Shown here: piece by piece, positions 26,439-39,596 of the stretch | How the letters are laid out: the number at the start of each line of letters is the position of its first letter | How positions within the stretch are numbered: position 1 is the stretch's first letter | Source: Dipteris shenzhenensis | Taxonomy: Eukaryota | Direction: 5' to 3' (one strand) | NCBI GenBank assembly: GCA_047967505.1 | Contig: CM106538.1 | DNA: 64,000 bases | The notes under the pieces: model-generated | What the model was told of the DNA's origin: nothing | The model's input: the letters and a program-made list of their open reading frames with translations, nothing else | Database searches by the model: none | Made by a program: the position numbers and the translations under genes

Positions 26439-27571
26439 GATTTGAGGTGCCCAATTCAGAGAACAAGGTTTGCAGACTAAAGAAGGCATTGTATGGGCTG
26501 AAACAGGCCCCAAGGGCATGGTACCAACGGATTGATAGCTTTCTCATATCTATTGGTTTCTCAAAAAGTGCTTCTGATGCTAACCTGTATGTTTGTAAGC
26601 AGGATGGCAAGTATGTGGTAATAGTCCTTTACGTGGATGACTTGATCATCACAGGAGATCATGAGAAGATGCTGCAACAGTTGAGGGAGTCGTTGAGTTC
26701 CGAGTTTGAGATGACAGATTTGGGGCTCATGCACTTTTGCCTCGGCATTGAGGTTTGGCAAAAACCTGGCAGGATTTTCATCTCTCAGCAGAGATATGCT
26801 CGCGAGATCTTGAAGGCATTCGGTATGACCGAGTGTAAGGACGTGGTCTCTCCCATGGAGGTGAAAGGTAAGCTCTCAGTGGAGGATGCATCACCACTTG
26901 TCGACATCAAGGAGTATAGGAAACTTGTGGGGAGTCTCATTTTTCTGTGCAACACTAGACCTGATATCAGCTTTGCAGTTGGTGTACTTAGTAGGTTCTC
27001 AAATCAACCTCGAGAGAACCATTGGAAAGCAGGGATGCGTGTGCTAAAGTACGTGAAAGGTACACTGGAGTATGGCATTACCTACAGAGCAGGGAAGACC
27101 TTGGCGGGTTACTGTGACTCAGATTGGGCGGGAGATTGTGATTCTAGAAAGTCAGTTTCTGGATATTGTTTTTCACTTGGTTCAGGAGTGTTCTCTTGGA
27201 TTAGCAAGAAGCAACCAACAGTGGCACTATCTTCGACGGAAGCTGAGTACAAGGCAGCATGCATTGCTGCTTGTGAAGCAGTTTGGCTAAGGAGGATCCT
27301 GCAAGACATAGGAGTTCCAATCGAAGATGCGACGGTTCTAAAATGCGACAATCAGAGTTGCATGGCCATTGCAAAGAATCCTGTGTTCCATGCTCGTACA
27401 AAGCACATAGAGATCCAGTATCACTACGTACGAGAGCTCATCGAGGATGGAGTCATAGAGCTGGAGTATTGTCCCACAGAGGACAATTGCGCAGACATCT
27501 TCACGAAGGCTCTTGGGAGTGATTTATTGTTGCGGCATCTACATCGACTCGGCATTGGTCCGAACACGTAG
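26439..27571 (+). CDS. RT C-terminal half and RNase H of E
   Basis: Open frame with [39 protein letters not shown]. Confidence 0.95.
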
Positions 27572-30249
27572 TTCTTCGGGTGAACATTGAGGGGGGGTGT
27601 TAGAGTTAGCTCAAATGTCCACCTCTCATGTAACCCACCAATATTCTGTGTACCCAATGTTGTAAGGCCCCCATATGAGGAGAAGCCATGATGGGTATCA
27701 GATATTGGGAGGGATCCCCAGTTTAGACACTGGAAGGGGTCTTAGAGTAGACCAGATGGTTATGAGACGGCTTAGGAGCCAAGAGTAGAGATACCCGTCT
27801 GCACAAAGGGGGGGTTCGGGGGGGCGATAGCCCCCCCGATAGCAGGGGGTCCGGGGGGCGCAGGCCTATGCGCGATCCTTCATCTGCCCGACGGCATGTT
27901 TTCTGAAGGGTCGGTTGGTCTTCCAGGCCGACTGTCTATTAGGCCGACTGCCTATTACAGGGCCGACCGTCAACCACTTACACTATATAAGTGGCCACCC
28001 CCTATCATCAGATCACCAGTTCTTCACGCTCATAGTCCTCCGTCCAGCATCTGTCTAGATCACCATCGAAGCTCTGTCTGTAGAGCGCACGGGTGGACAG
28101 CCAACCATCAGTTGTATCAGCAGTTTGGTATATCAGAATTTTTGTATTCTCTCCAGCTTTCCATCGTGTACTTGCGTTTTGTTGTTATCTTCCGCTGCGT
28201 ACTATTTTCTTACACTTCACAAATCTTGCTCTTTCATGGAGGGGAGTCCTTTCACCTTGTCCTTGCATGCAATCAATTGCGTAGATATAAAGCTAAGACG
28301 CCCATACATTTGATGCCATAAATGAGAGCCTATATGTGCAAGCATGCATGCATTCTGATGAGTGTAAATGAACGTCAATTTGTCAAAGATGCCATCTCTC
28401 AATCCATGTGCAATGACCTCTTTTTGAGTGAGCAAGAGAACCTTCTCATCATAAAAAAAGATCCAAATCTTTTGATCATCACATTGTATGACTGATAGTT
28501 GATTCATGGCAAGTTATGGCACATGAAGCACATCCCAACTGAGATTTATGTTCCCATTTGGAGGTTGAATTGGTATGCCACGAATTCCTTTGACTAGAAG
28601 TGAATGATTGTCTCCTAAATGAACATCTGGATCTCCCTTGACTAGATCAAGTGCCTTGAACCAATCTCATCTACAACACGTGTTGTGATGCACCAAAATC
28701 CACTATCCACATGTCTCAATGAGTTTTCATTGATGTGACAAAATATAATGAGGGGAGAGGAGAAGAGTGGAGATGAGGAGAGAGGGCACGGCTAGAGAGC
28801 ACACCACAAATGACTAGTTGTACACTAATTTAGTTGAAAATGTAGAATATATACAAACCCATTTAGGATTAGGGTTAGGGCATCTAACCCTTTCCTATAT
28901 AGCACTCTAGTGCTATGCACATATGATCACATGATGTTGAGCATGATCTCTGAACACCTTCCCTCAAAATTAACATCATGAAGTAGGCCTTCCCTCAAGA
29001 TGATGATTCTAGGGAATCGAAGAAAGACTGAACATTACATTCCATCACACCCCTTTAATGGGTATGTCCTTCCTCTGCGTCAAACCAAGAGCTTGTCGGT
29101 GTTTCTCGAAAAGCTCTTTACCGAGTCATTTGGTAAAGATGTCTGTGACATTCTCTTTGCTATCACAATGCTACAGTGTGATGTCACTAAAGTGACACTC
29201 TTTCTCTGATGAAGTGCTCTCTGACATCAATGTGCTTTGTCGTGGAGTGATATATTGGATTCTTGGCCAATGATTGAGCCGATTGATTATCACAATATAT
29301 TGTTGTTGGCTTTGACTCATCAAAGTAATCTATTTCTGACAATAGTCTTCTGAGCCATATAGCCTCACATGCACCTGTAGTGAGTGCTCTATATTCTACT
29401 TATGTCGAAGACAAAGAAACAGTTGTCTGTTTGTTTGACAACCATGATATAGCACCTTGACCAAGGAAAAATGCATATCCTTGTGTTGATCTCTTGCTCT
29501 CATGATCTCTGGCATAGTCACTGTCACAGTATCCATGCAACCTTGGATGACTGCCTCTGTATTCTATTCCAAACTATCTTGTACCTCTAATGTATCTCAA
29601 GACTCTTTTGGCTTTATGCCAATGAGACTGTTTTGGATTTGCCATAAACTGTGCTAGTAAGTATACTACATAACAAATATCTAGCCTTGTGATAGTCAAA
29701 TATCACTACAAGGCATAGGCCATTTTCCGACAAAAATACCGACGCTTTTTACATTAAATTTTTTTTTTTCACGGGCACAAACGTCGCTATAAGAGTCGCT
29801 AAAAGCATCAAAAAAGAACCGTCGCTATATAGCGACATTGGTAAACGGCGCTATATAGCGACACTGGTAAACGTCGCTATATAGTGACATTGTTAATCGT
29901 CGCTATATAGAGACACTGGTAAATGTTGCTATATAACGACAATTAACATAACTTAGAAAAAAGGGTTAGTGGGCTAAACAGGACTTGCTATGGCCCTGTT
30001 TAGCCCCAGTAATCCTTTTTTTTTTGGTAATTATAAAACAAAGTTTCTTTATAACAAAATTTCCCTTGCGAAAAGGGTGATACAAAATCGCTCTTGTGAA
30101 ATGATGAGCAACAAAAGCATGTACATGTCGGACATATACAACATTGTTTGTAACAAAATTACCATTTTGAAAGGGCGATACAAAATTGCTCAAATATACA
30201 AAATGACATACAGGGCGAAGAAAATGCTACTACCACTACTACTCATCTG

Positions 30250-31789
30250 AATCCGAATCATCCTCGTCTTATTGGCCTGTTCCTTGGTCCTCGTCAGCTG
30301 CGTCTTCTCCCTCATTCTCGTCACGTGCGTCTAATCCTTGGCCCTGTTGATCGCTTGCCTCTAATGATGGGACGCTTGAGCTTTAACCCTAAGAGTGAAC
30401 CATATAAATCAAAAATTATATTGGAACTTAAATTAAAAAGTGAGATTACAAGTAGGAGTAAACTTATACCGTGCGAGCAGCCACCTTAGCCCAATCGACC
30501 ATCGCTCCCATTTCCTCTTGCTCAATAAACCACGGCTTTGTTCCTATCCAAAATGTGCATCGCGTCTCTGCATCTGTAGGAAGATGACCCATCGCAGCTT
30601 GCTGTGGATCCAATTTACGAGAGTTAGAGTTAGCTAAAGTGCATGTAATATGTAGTAAAACAAATAGAACAATACATTAAATGAGAAGAAGTAGACTTAC
30701 CACGGTTGCCTCGAATGCATACCGTCTGCCTGCACTAAAGTGCGAAGTACCTACGACGTCTAGCCATCTCTTCGCAACCCTCCTCTGACCCTGGAACAAT
30801 TCGGGATGGTCCCTATTTTGCTTCTTGAAGTACTTCCAATCAGCTTTGTCTGCCCAGCTGGGTTTAGCCAACCCCTTTGTGATGGAAGTACGCAAGGTTG
30901 ATCTACGATGCTTCAAGACCAAACCCATGTGCTCTCGCATATAATCATCATTGAACTCCACATTTGGCGGGTTAGGGTATCTTTGTTTTAACTCATCGAT
31001 GACCGTCTGCTTCTTTTGGCCATCTTGATACCGCCAATCGATAGCAATGCCGCTCTTGAAGTGATGACTCATCAACCTCCTCATGGTGGCCATCATTGAT
31101 TTGCCCTTTCTATCTTCTATTATCTCTCCAGCAGCTGTGATTTGATAGGAGAGATCCCCTGATGAGTAAGGAGGACTGATGGTAGCAGAGTCAGAAGGAG
31201 TGGAAGCTACACGAGCACTTCTGGAGTGAGGAGTAGCAGTGGGAGTAGGAGAGGGAAAGGAACCTGACTGATACTGTGTCTCCGGACCAAGTGGAGACCT
31301 GTAGGAACGTGAGTGTGCTGACTCGTCTACATCTCCCGAGTCAACACAACATGAGCCACCCTTCCTACTATTCCTTCCCTTACGAGAGGCATGCGCCGGT
31401 GATGACCCCGCAGTCGAAGGGGCACGAGGGGATGGCTAGGTAGTACGTCCACCTGTCGGTATAGGGGAGGGAATTGCTGAGGTCCTCTTTGATAGCAGAG
31501 AGAAGAATCTCGCTGCCTCCTCATCGCTCATCTGTGCTACAAACTCGTCAGCACTCCCAAAAAAGCCATGCGCAGCTAGCAAAGGAGTTCCCCGAGGGGT
31601 AGTCATAGTGCTACGTGGAAGAGGAGTCGGACGAGGGGTAGTCGTAGTGCTAGGTCTGAGAGGAGTCGGACCAAGGGTAGTCCTCGGGGTAGTTGCCTGA
31701 GAGGAATCAAAGTCCTCTGGAGCATAAAGATCATGAGCTCTTCTCCTACGAGGCTGTCCATACTCATTGAATGAGTGACATGATTCCAT
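30250..31789 (-). pseudogene. CACTA second gene (TnpA-like/ORF2), decayed and spliced
   Basis: ATG at 31789 right after a TTAG acceptor; S/T/P-rich N-terminus, then DWRYQ..VIDELKQRYP..KPSWADKADWKYF, resembling CACTA ORF2 proteins; GTAAGT donor at ~30699. Confidence 0.6.
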
Positions 31790-32164
31790 GTCTAACATAG
31801 ACACAAACACGAAAACAAAAAACAAAAAAACAAACATAAGCATAGGCATAGACATAGGCATAGGCAAAGAGGGAAAGAAGAGGAAGAAGAGGAAGAGGAA
31901 GAGGAAGAAGAGCAAGACGAATCTGAAGAAGAGGGAGAAAGAGGGAAAAGAGAAGGGGGAGGAGAAGAGGAAGCAGAGGGAAAGGAAAGATGGAAAGAAG
32001 AGGACTTTAGAGGGAAAAGAGAAGGGGGAAAAGAGAAGAAGGAGAAGAAGAGGAAATAGAGAAGGGGGAAAGAGAGAAGGGAAAAGAGAAGGAAAAAGAG
32101 AAGGGGGAAAAGAGAAGGGGAAAAGAGAAGGGGGAAAAGAGAAGGGGGAGGAGAAGAGGAAATA

Positions 32165-33770
32165 GAGAAGGCTTATGCTTATGCATGAGCTTATGCGAAA
32201 ATAGAGAATAAGAGTTAGAGGAAATAGAGAAGGGGGAAACAGAGAAGCATAAGCATGAGCATAAGCTCATGCTCATGCATAAGCATAAGCATGAGCTTAT
32301 GCTTATGCTTATGCTTAAGCATAAGCTCATGCTTATGCTTATGCATGAGCTTATGCGGAAATAGAGAATAAGAGTTAGAGGAAATAGAGAAGGGGGAAAG
32401 AGAGAAGCATAAGCATGAGCATAAGCTCATGCTCATGCATAAGCATAAGCATGAGCTTATGCTTATGCTTATGCTTAAGCATAAGCTCATGCTTATGCTT
32501 ATGCATGAGCTTATGCAGAAATAGAGAATAAGAGTTAGAGGAAATAGAGAAGGGGGAAAGAGAGAAGCATAAGCATGAGCATAAGCTCATGCTCATGCAT
32601 AAGCATAAGCATGAGCTTATGCTTATGCTTATGCATGAGCTTATGTGAAAATGAAGAATAAGAGTTAGAGGAAATAGAGAAGGGGAAAGAGAGAAGCATA
32701 AGCATGAGCATAAGCTCATGCTCATGCATAAGCATAAGCATGAGCTTATGCTTATGCTTATGTTTATGCTTAAGCATAAGCTCATGCTTATGCTTATGCA
32801 TGAGCTTATGCAGAAATAGAGAATAAGAGTTAGAGGAAATAGAGAAGGGGGAAAGAGAGAAGCATAAGCATGAGCATAAGCTCATGCTCATGCATAAGCA
32901 TGAGCATGAGCTTATGCTTATGCATGAGCTTATGCGGAAATAGAGAATAAGAGTTAGAGGAAATAGAGAAGGGGGAAAGAGAGATGCATAAGCATGAGCA
33001 TATGTCTCATTTTCTTATGCTCATGCTTATGCCGCATAAGCTCATGCTCATGCATAAGCATAAGCATGAGCTTATGCTTATGCTTAAGCATAAGCAGAAG
33101 CATAAGCTCATGCTTATGCTTATGCATGAGCTTATGTGGAAATAGAGAATAAGAGTTAGAGGAAATAGAGAAGGGGGAAAGAGAGAAGCATAAGCATGAG
33201 CATAAGCTCATGCTCATGCATAAGCATAAGCATGAGCTCATGCTTATGCTTATGCATGAGCTTATGCAGAAATAGAGAATAAGAGTTAGAGGAAATAGAG
33301 AAGGGGGAAAGAGAGAAGCATAAGCATGAGCATAATCTCATGCTCATGCATAAGCATAAGCATGAGCTTATGCTTATGCTTATGCTTAAGCATAAGCTCA
33401 TGCTTATGCTTATGCATGAGCTTATGCTTATGCTTATGCTTAAGCATAAGCTCATGCTTATGCTTATGCATGAGCTTATGCAGAAATAGAGAATAAGAGT
33501 TAGAGGAAATAGAGAAGGGGGAAAGAGAGAAGCATAAGCATGAGCATAAGCTCATGCTCATGCATAAGCATAAGCATGAGCTTATGCTTATGCATGAGCT
33601 TATGCGGAAATAGAGAAGGGGGAAAGAGAGAAGCATAAGCATGAGCATATGTCTCATTTTCTTATGCTCATGCTTATGCTTATGCTTATGCTTATGCTTA
33701 TGCTTATGCTTAAGCATAAGCATAAGCATAAGCTCAATGCATGAGCTTATGCGGAAATAGAGAATAAGAG
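32165..33770. repeat. Compound satellite: purine linker plus GCATAA/GCATGA/GCTTAT/GCTCAT hexamer blocks, unit ~130-200 bp (several of 160 bp)
   Basis: Linker AAATAGAGAATAAGAGTTAGAGGAAATAGAGAAGGGGGAAAGAGAGAA recurs ~9-10 times, e.g. ~32199, 32359, 32519. Confidence 0.95.
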
Positions 33771-34550
33771 GGAAAGGAAAGAGAGAAGGGCAAAAGAGAG
33801 AAGGGGGAAAGAGAGAATAAGAGAAGGGGGAAAAGAGAGAAGGGGGAAAAAAGAGAATAAGAGAAGGGGGAAGAAGGAAAGAGTTTGAGGGGAAGAGAGG
33901 GTTCCTACATCCATCACTGCAGCTAGCGCTTAAGGCGCTAGCTACAAGCCAATGCAAATAATAAAAATAATAAATGGAAAAAAGAGGAAGCACTTACCTG
34001 AAATAGTACGTCCCGCTCGGTGTTGTGTACTGGCCCTACAAAAGAGAGAAAACAACCCATTTTTTCAAATAAGATGTTAGAGGAAGGAGGAGATTACAAA
34101 AGCAACTTCTTGAAAGGAGGAGATTGAGGAGACAAGGAGAAAGAGAAGGAAGAGAAATACAGAAAAAAGAGGTGAGTCTTCTTTCTTTCTTGAAATCTTG
34201 TTTTTTGTTTCAATCCTTTGAAAACAAGCATGAAAACTAGTTTACAGGTTTAGCAATACAAGGAGAAGCACTCACAAAACTAAAGCTAACAAACAAAAAA
34301 CCTACATTGTTGAAACAAACTCACCTTTTGAAGAACTTCTTTCAAGAAACCAAAGAGGAAAAAGGGTAGAGAGGGAGTACAAGAGCTAGGAGAAGGGTGA
34401 GGAGTGGAAAATAGAGTGAGAGGTTGCTTGAAATAGGTGGGAGGTCTTCGAAAATAGGTGGGAGGAGATATTGGCTTGCTATCTTGAGAGATTAGAGAAT
34501 AGGATAAAGAAAACGCCACACGACGAGAGTTTCGGGTTTTAACTCACAGT

Positions 34551-34660
34551 GTCGCTATATAGCGACGCTTATCCGTCGCTATATAGCGATGTTTTTAATT
34601 AAAAACGTCGCTATATAGCAACAGAATAGAGCAAAAAGGTTGCTATATAGCGATGCTTAC
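34551..34660. promoter_or_regulatory. Internal cluster of the subterminal palindrome between the two divergent CACTA genes
   Basis: GTCGCTATATAGCGAC and variants, 4 copies. Confidence 0.7.
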
Positions 34661-34758
34661 AGTTGCTTTTTGTTGTAGCATGAAAAAAGCTCATAGATGC
34701 TATTTTATAACTGTTAATATCTCTTCTTCATGCTTATGTTGTGATTTTATAAGTGTAG

Positions 34759-37700
34759 ATGGAAGGGACAAGTGGAAGCTCATCCGATGATGCGCCAATG
34801 CCCGGGAGCATGAAGTGGCTTATGGAGAGGTTATACTGTCATTGCACTCATTGCAAGAGAGAAGTATGACATCAACGTCGTATTATCATGTGCCACTTGC
34901 GGATGTATGGGGAGGAGCCGGAACCAGTACCCACCGTTGGTGTTGCACGTGTTGATGGACCATCGGTAAGTCAAAGCTATTTAAGTTCACAGTCTTATTG
35001 TATACCAAGAAATAGAAGATCTTATATTTACACGAAATCTTAAAACAGGATGAGGAGGGTGATGAGGGTATGCATATACCTTCTCACTTTCAGCAAGGCT
35101 ATAGTCTCCCGGATGATGGATTCCATTTTTAGGGGCACTACATCCCACATACACGTGATGTCAGAGTCTGAGGTCAAAATGTGAGAGTTGCAATCAACAC
35201 AATTGTACGAGGGTGCTAGGATGTCTAAACTACATGCTTGTCTCTCAATCTTGAATCTACAAGTAAAGTATGGGTGGTCAGATACAAGTGTCTCGGCCTT
35301 AATGAGGTTAGCTCTTGCATTAATTTGACTCATTATTTGGATATTGTTTGTTTTGAGAATCATCATTTGGATAGTGTATACTGAATCATCATTGTTGGAA
35401 GACTATGTATGTTTTGAATTGTCATAGGTTGCTCCAGAAGATGTTGCCTGCACCAAATACCATGCCCGCATCAAGAGATGAAGCAAAAAAGATGCTAACA
35501 ACAGTGGGTATGGATTATGATACCATCCATGCTTGCCGTAATGATTGTATTCTCTTTCATCGTGAGCATGGAGATTTGGCTAGTTGTCCAAAGTGTGGGG
35601 AACAACGATATAGAGATGACTTGCAGGGTGAGCGGACACTGGTAAAGGTCTTGAGACACTTTCCCATCATTGCAAGAATACAACACATGTTCCGATGCAA
35701 ATCCATAGCAGAGTTGATGACATGGCATGCATCTCATCGATCCACTGATGACACATTGAGGATTCCCACAGATTGTGTAGCTTGGAAGCACATAGATAAT
35801 CAGTGGCCGGACTTTGCGAGGGAGCCATGCAACTTACATCTTGGGCTAGCCATGGACGGCATGAATCCTTTCGGGTTACGCTCGACATCTTGGTCGACAT
35901 GGCCCATAGTTGTGGTGAATTACAATATCCCACCATGGCTAACAATAAAAAAGACACCTCATTCTTGCACTACTTGTGCCAGGAAAGTACAAGGCAAAAA
36001 ACATGGACGTGTACATGGCACCTTTGATAGAGGAGTTACAGATATTATGGAGAGGAGTGCATGTCTTTGATATTTCCTGAGCTCCTAGACATACCAATGA
36101 TATTTTGATCAGGGGTATCTTGATGTGGACCATGCATGACTACCCAGGATATGGAGAATGCGCGGTACATGGTTGTGTCTTTACATGTACAATGAGAGAT
36201 TATGCTTTTTTGACTCTCTTTCGCATGCATGTCTTGTACTAACACATTCATGCACGCGTGCAGGACTTGTTACAAGTGGGTACCATGCTTATCCTATTTG
36301 TGGACCCGCTCTGAAATCGCTTGCATGCTACTTCAAACATATGAGGAAAAATGTTTATGAAGGTCATGCTTGATACCTTCCGCTCGACCATCTCGCACGT
36401 GGAGGTCAGCTTGATCCACCACCATCATATTTGAAGGCAAGTGACTGGATTCAAGCTTGGAGGGTGAATGGAGAGGAACCTCCTCCTGGTATGAAGAGGC
36501 TATCGATCTTTCACGAGCTTCCTTATTGGGGTCAGTTACAAATCAATCATCTCTTGGATCCCATGCATATCTTCAAGAATGTGGGGGCTACTGTTTGGGC
36601 ACACTTGGTTGGTTCCAAGGACTCGAGAGGAGTGCGAGAAGACTTGCGTGCTATGAATAGGATGTCTCGTTTGTGGCCCCAAGTGCATGCTTCGAGAAAA
36701 GTTGTCCTCCCGAAAGCAATGTGGATCCTCTCTACGAGGGAGGAGGCAGCGGTCACAAGGCAGACATTGCCTCTTTTCAAACACCGACAGGGTACATGTG
36801 TTGCTTGAAAGGAGCATTTTCAAAGGACAATAAGCTTAGTGGGCTCAAGTCCCATGATTGGCACAAGGTCTTACAAGTATTCTAAGTAGAATTAGTGTAC
36901 TGATAATCGTGATGCGTTAGCATAATTATTATTATGTTATATTGTTGACATGACTTCATTGTTGCTTTGATAGTTCATCCTCCCAATTACAATAAAAATT
37001 ACAATAAAAGGGTGCTTACAAGAAGATGTTAGAAATGATATATTTAAGATCTGTGGTATTGTGAGGTATGCTTACTATCAAATCACATTATGTATTTTCT
37101 TCAATTTAAGCTGATTAATCTGTAGACTGATTATGAAAAAAACTTACATGGACATGTGAAATAGGTGGGTATCTCAAAAAGAGATCTCTATATCGAGCAT
37201 CGAGAAGGTTAGGGTGGAATCCATTGAAGCCATATGCTTGCTTGAGAAGCACTTTCCCTCGAGCATTATGACAACTCAAGTCCACTTGCTTGTGCACATA
37301 GTTGATGAGGTGGCTATAGCAGGTACCGTTCATAGTCGATGGATGTTTTTTCTCGAGCAGTTTATGAAAACTTTAAAGGGATTTGTAAGACAAAGAGCAA
37401 GACCAGAAGCAAGCATGGTAGAGGAATGGCTTGTGCAAGAGTCATTAGTATATATCACATAGTTTCTTGCATCCACGGATCCCGATATGTTGTAAGCTTG
37501 GCACAACAAGGATGATGATGGCATCGTTGGCGAAGTTCCCCAAGGAAAAGGGATTGAAAGAAAGATGAGCGAAGAGCAAATGGAGAAATTCAATAATTTT
37601 GTATCCTCAATAGCCCTGAGATGCAAAAGTGGATTGAGAGATATGAAGTGGCCAAAGCAGAAAGAATAAATGCAAGGATGACATTCATAGTAATGTACAG

Positions 37701-38847
37701 GCGATCACAACCATATCCACAGGATCTGGCTCTTCTCCCTACTCACATGTCACTTGATTGGCTACAACTGGCTCTACGTAAAGCCCAATGTGATGGAGAG
37801 ACAATAAACGAGCGTGAGCGAGAGTTATCATCTGGATGTATGGTGCATGTAAGTTTCTTACCTCTTGACGTAATTAAGTAATTATTTGTGGCAATATATG
37901 CTATAAAATAGATGCATCTTCATTGTTTTAATGATGCTCTTTTACAGTACAAAAAGTACAGTGCATTATGGTCATATGGACGACATTTTCACGTGGAACA
38001 CATCGATTCAAAGAGAGTCACGTATGATTGTGGAGTCATGGCTAACTTCACACAAGATAGCTGAGCAAGTGCTTCGGATACTAATCTTCTCTCCTCACAG
38101 TTTGATTATTGTGGAACCATATGCGACATCTATGAAATTGATTTCAGACGATTTACTATTTTCATTCTTGATGTAAAATGGTTTAGAACTACTTACAACG
38201 GTCCCCATACAACAATGAGAAAAGATAGTAGCAGTCTCTTTGCAATAGACTCCACCAAACATTGGACCGATGAAAGTGATACTTTTGTTCTTCCCGAGCA
38301 CTGCGAGCAGGTGCATACTAATGATTTAATTAGTCGAAGCTTTGATTTTTAAAGTCCATTGATACATGTACTTGAGCATAATTTCATATATATAATTGAC
38401 AACATTTGGCACCCATCTTTAATATAGGTGGTTTTTCATCCAGATCGTTCTGATTCAAGATGGTGGTACGTGATCCAAGTTGCACCACGAAGTAAGCAAA
38501 TTTTTGAAGATCGAGATGTGGATATGAAGATTCCACTACCAATGCCGGATCCAATTGATGAATCTAGCAAAGAAGATGTAGATCACCATATGAGCCAAGA
38601 GGAAGATGTGCATAATGACATCGCACGGGAGGAAGATGGAGATCATGATATTGAGGAAGAAGACAACAATCATCAAGAATCACCACACTTTATTGAAGAA
38701 GATGATCAAATACTTTTAGGTGAACGTACGATGCTAGAGTACGATGATGATATAGGAGATCAACTGGGTATAGAGTTGGAGATAGACTTGTTTGGCGCCT
38801 TAGACTTGGCTCAAGATGAAACAGTTGATGTAAATGCTCTTATTTGA
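34759..38847 (+). pseudogene. CACTA TnpD-type transposase, multi-exon, decayed
   Basis: IHACRNDCILF..CPKCGEQRY, LGLAMDGMNPFG, YNIPPWL, HLLDPMHIFKNV, GLKSHDWH, HLLVHIVDE..RWMFFLEQFM; GT-AG introns; stops and frameshifts. Confidence 0.93.
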
Positions 38848-39596
38848 TTTTTCTCATCTCAAACTTGGACATGAATATATGAGCTTCAAAGGCTTGATGT
38901 ACATGCTCTCATTTTTTTATTCTCTATGAGCTCAAACATGTATGAAAATTTAAAAAAATTTGTCATAGCAAAAAACTAACTTTTAAGGCCTATATAAAAA
39001 AAAAAACCTCTTTGGAAAAATGTCGTTATAAAATTTTATATTAGTGTCGCTATATAGCGACACTTAAAAGTCGCTATATAGCAACCTTTATAATAGTCAC
39101 TATATAGCGACTTTTAGCAGGAGTTGCTATATAGTGACGATTTAGGAAACCCGCTTTTCATACCAACGATTAATGCTAAGCGGGCGCTAAACGTCGGTAT
39201 GTAAACGTCGCAATAGGATCCATGTGTAGTAGTGTATATAAGAGATTTGATGAGCTTTCTGTAGTACCTGTCATTGATTGTAGGATTTTTTGAATCTTTA
39301 GTAAGTTTCAAACTCGGTTCCATGGGAGTGGCTGCAATATCTGCCATATGAAACTTCTTCAGGAGACTGTCAACGTACTTGAGCTAACTCATAAATGTGC
39401 CATTTGAATCTCTCTAGAACTCAATACCGAGAAAATAGTGCATAAGTCCAAGATATTTCATGTCGAACTCTATAGATAAGTCTTGTTTTAGCTTTTCAAT
39501 GAAGCTAACCTTGCTTCCTGTCACAATCAGATCATCTACGTACAAAAGTGCAATAGTAATGTCTTCCCCTTGAACTTTGTAGTAGAGAGTAAGATC

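Larger units (their letters stand above)
24021..28214 (+). mobile_element. Young, rearranged Ty1/Copia element E (related to B and D): truncated 5' LTR 24021-24279, full 3' LTR 27598-28214
   Basis: TSD CTTCA at 24016-24020 and 28215-28219; LTR TGTTAG..CTTACA; one difference seen over the 259 shared bp; PPT TTGAGGGGGGG. Confidence 0.95.
23560..28735 (-). pseudogene. Old, heavily decayed Copia remnant G (integrase 23560-24020, protease region 28220-28735) split by element E
   Basis: Minus-strand translation gives RPLELVHTDI..KYLVTFINNYTR and a WIVDFGASQHV-like motif on either side of E. Confidence 0.7.
29704..39234. mobile_element. Complete CACTA (En/Spm) DNA transposon, 9.5 kb
   Basis: Starts CACTAC, ends GTAGTG; 3-bp TSD TAT (29701-29703, 39235-39237); subterminal GTCGCTATATAGCGAC repeats; transposase inside. 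Confidence 0.96.
28736..39596 (-). mobile_element. Copia family C copy C2 (3' LTR 28736-28956, PPT, RNase H/RT 29040-29703 and 39238-39596), interrupted by CACTA elements
   Basis: LTR homologous to C1; PPT TTGAGGGAAGG; RT reads across the CACTA insertion (YYRKLIKSLIY|LTITRLDI); LYVDDLIV. Confidence 0.9.

Noticed and set aside
31788-32165. K/E/R-rich ORF
   Set aside because: Antisense of an intronic polypyrimidine tract.
32165-33770. CRISPR-like repeat/spacer appearance, and HKHKH/MLMLM ORFs
   Set aside because: The 'spacers' are shuffled hexamers rather than unique sequences, there are no cas genes and the context is eukaryotic; the ORFs are translations of the satellite.
34660-34685. TTGTAGCA as an internal CACTA terminus (two fused elements)
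   Set aside because: Does not match TAGTG, has no TSD, and the outer ends already share the TAT duplication.
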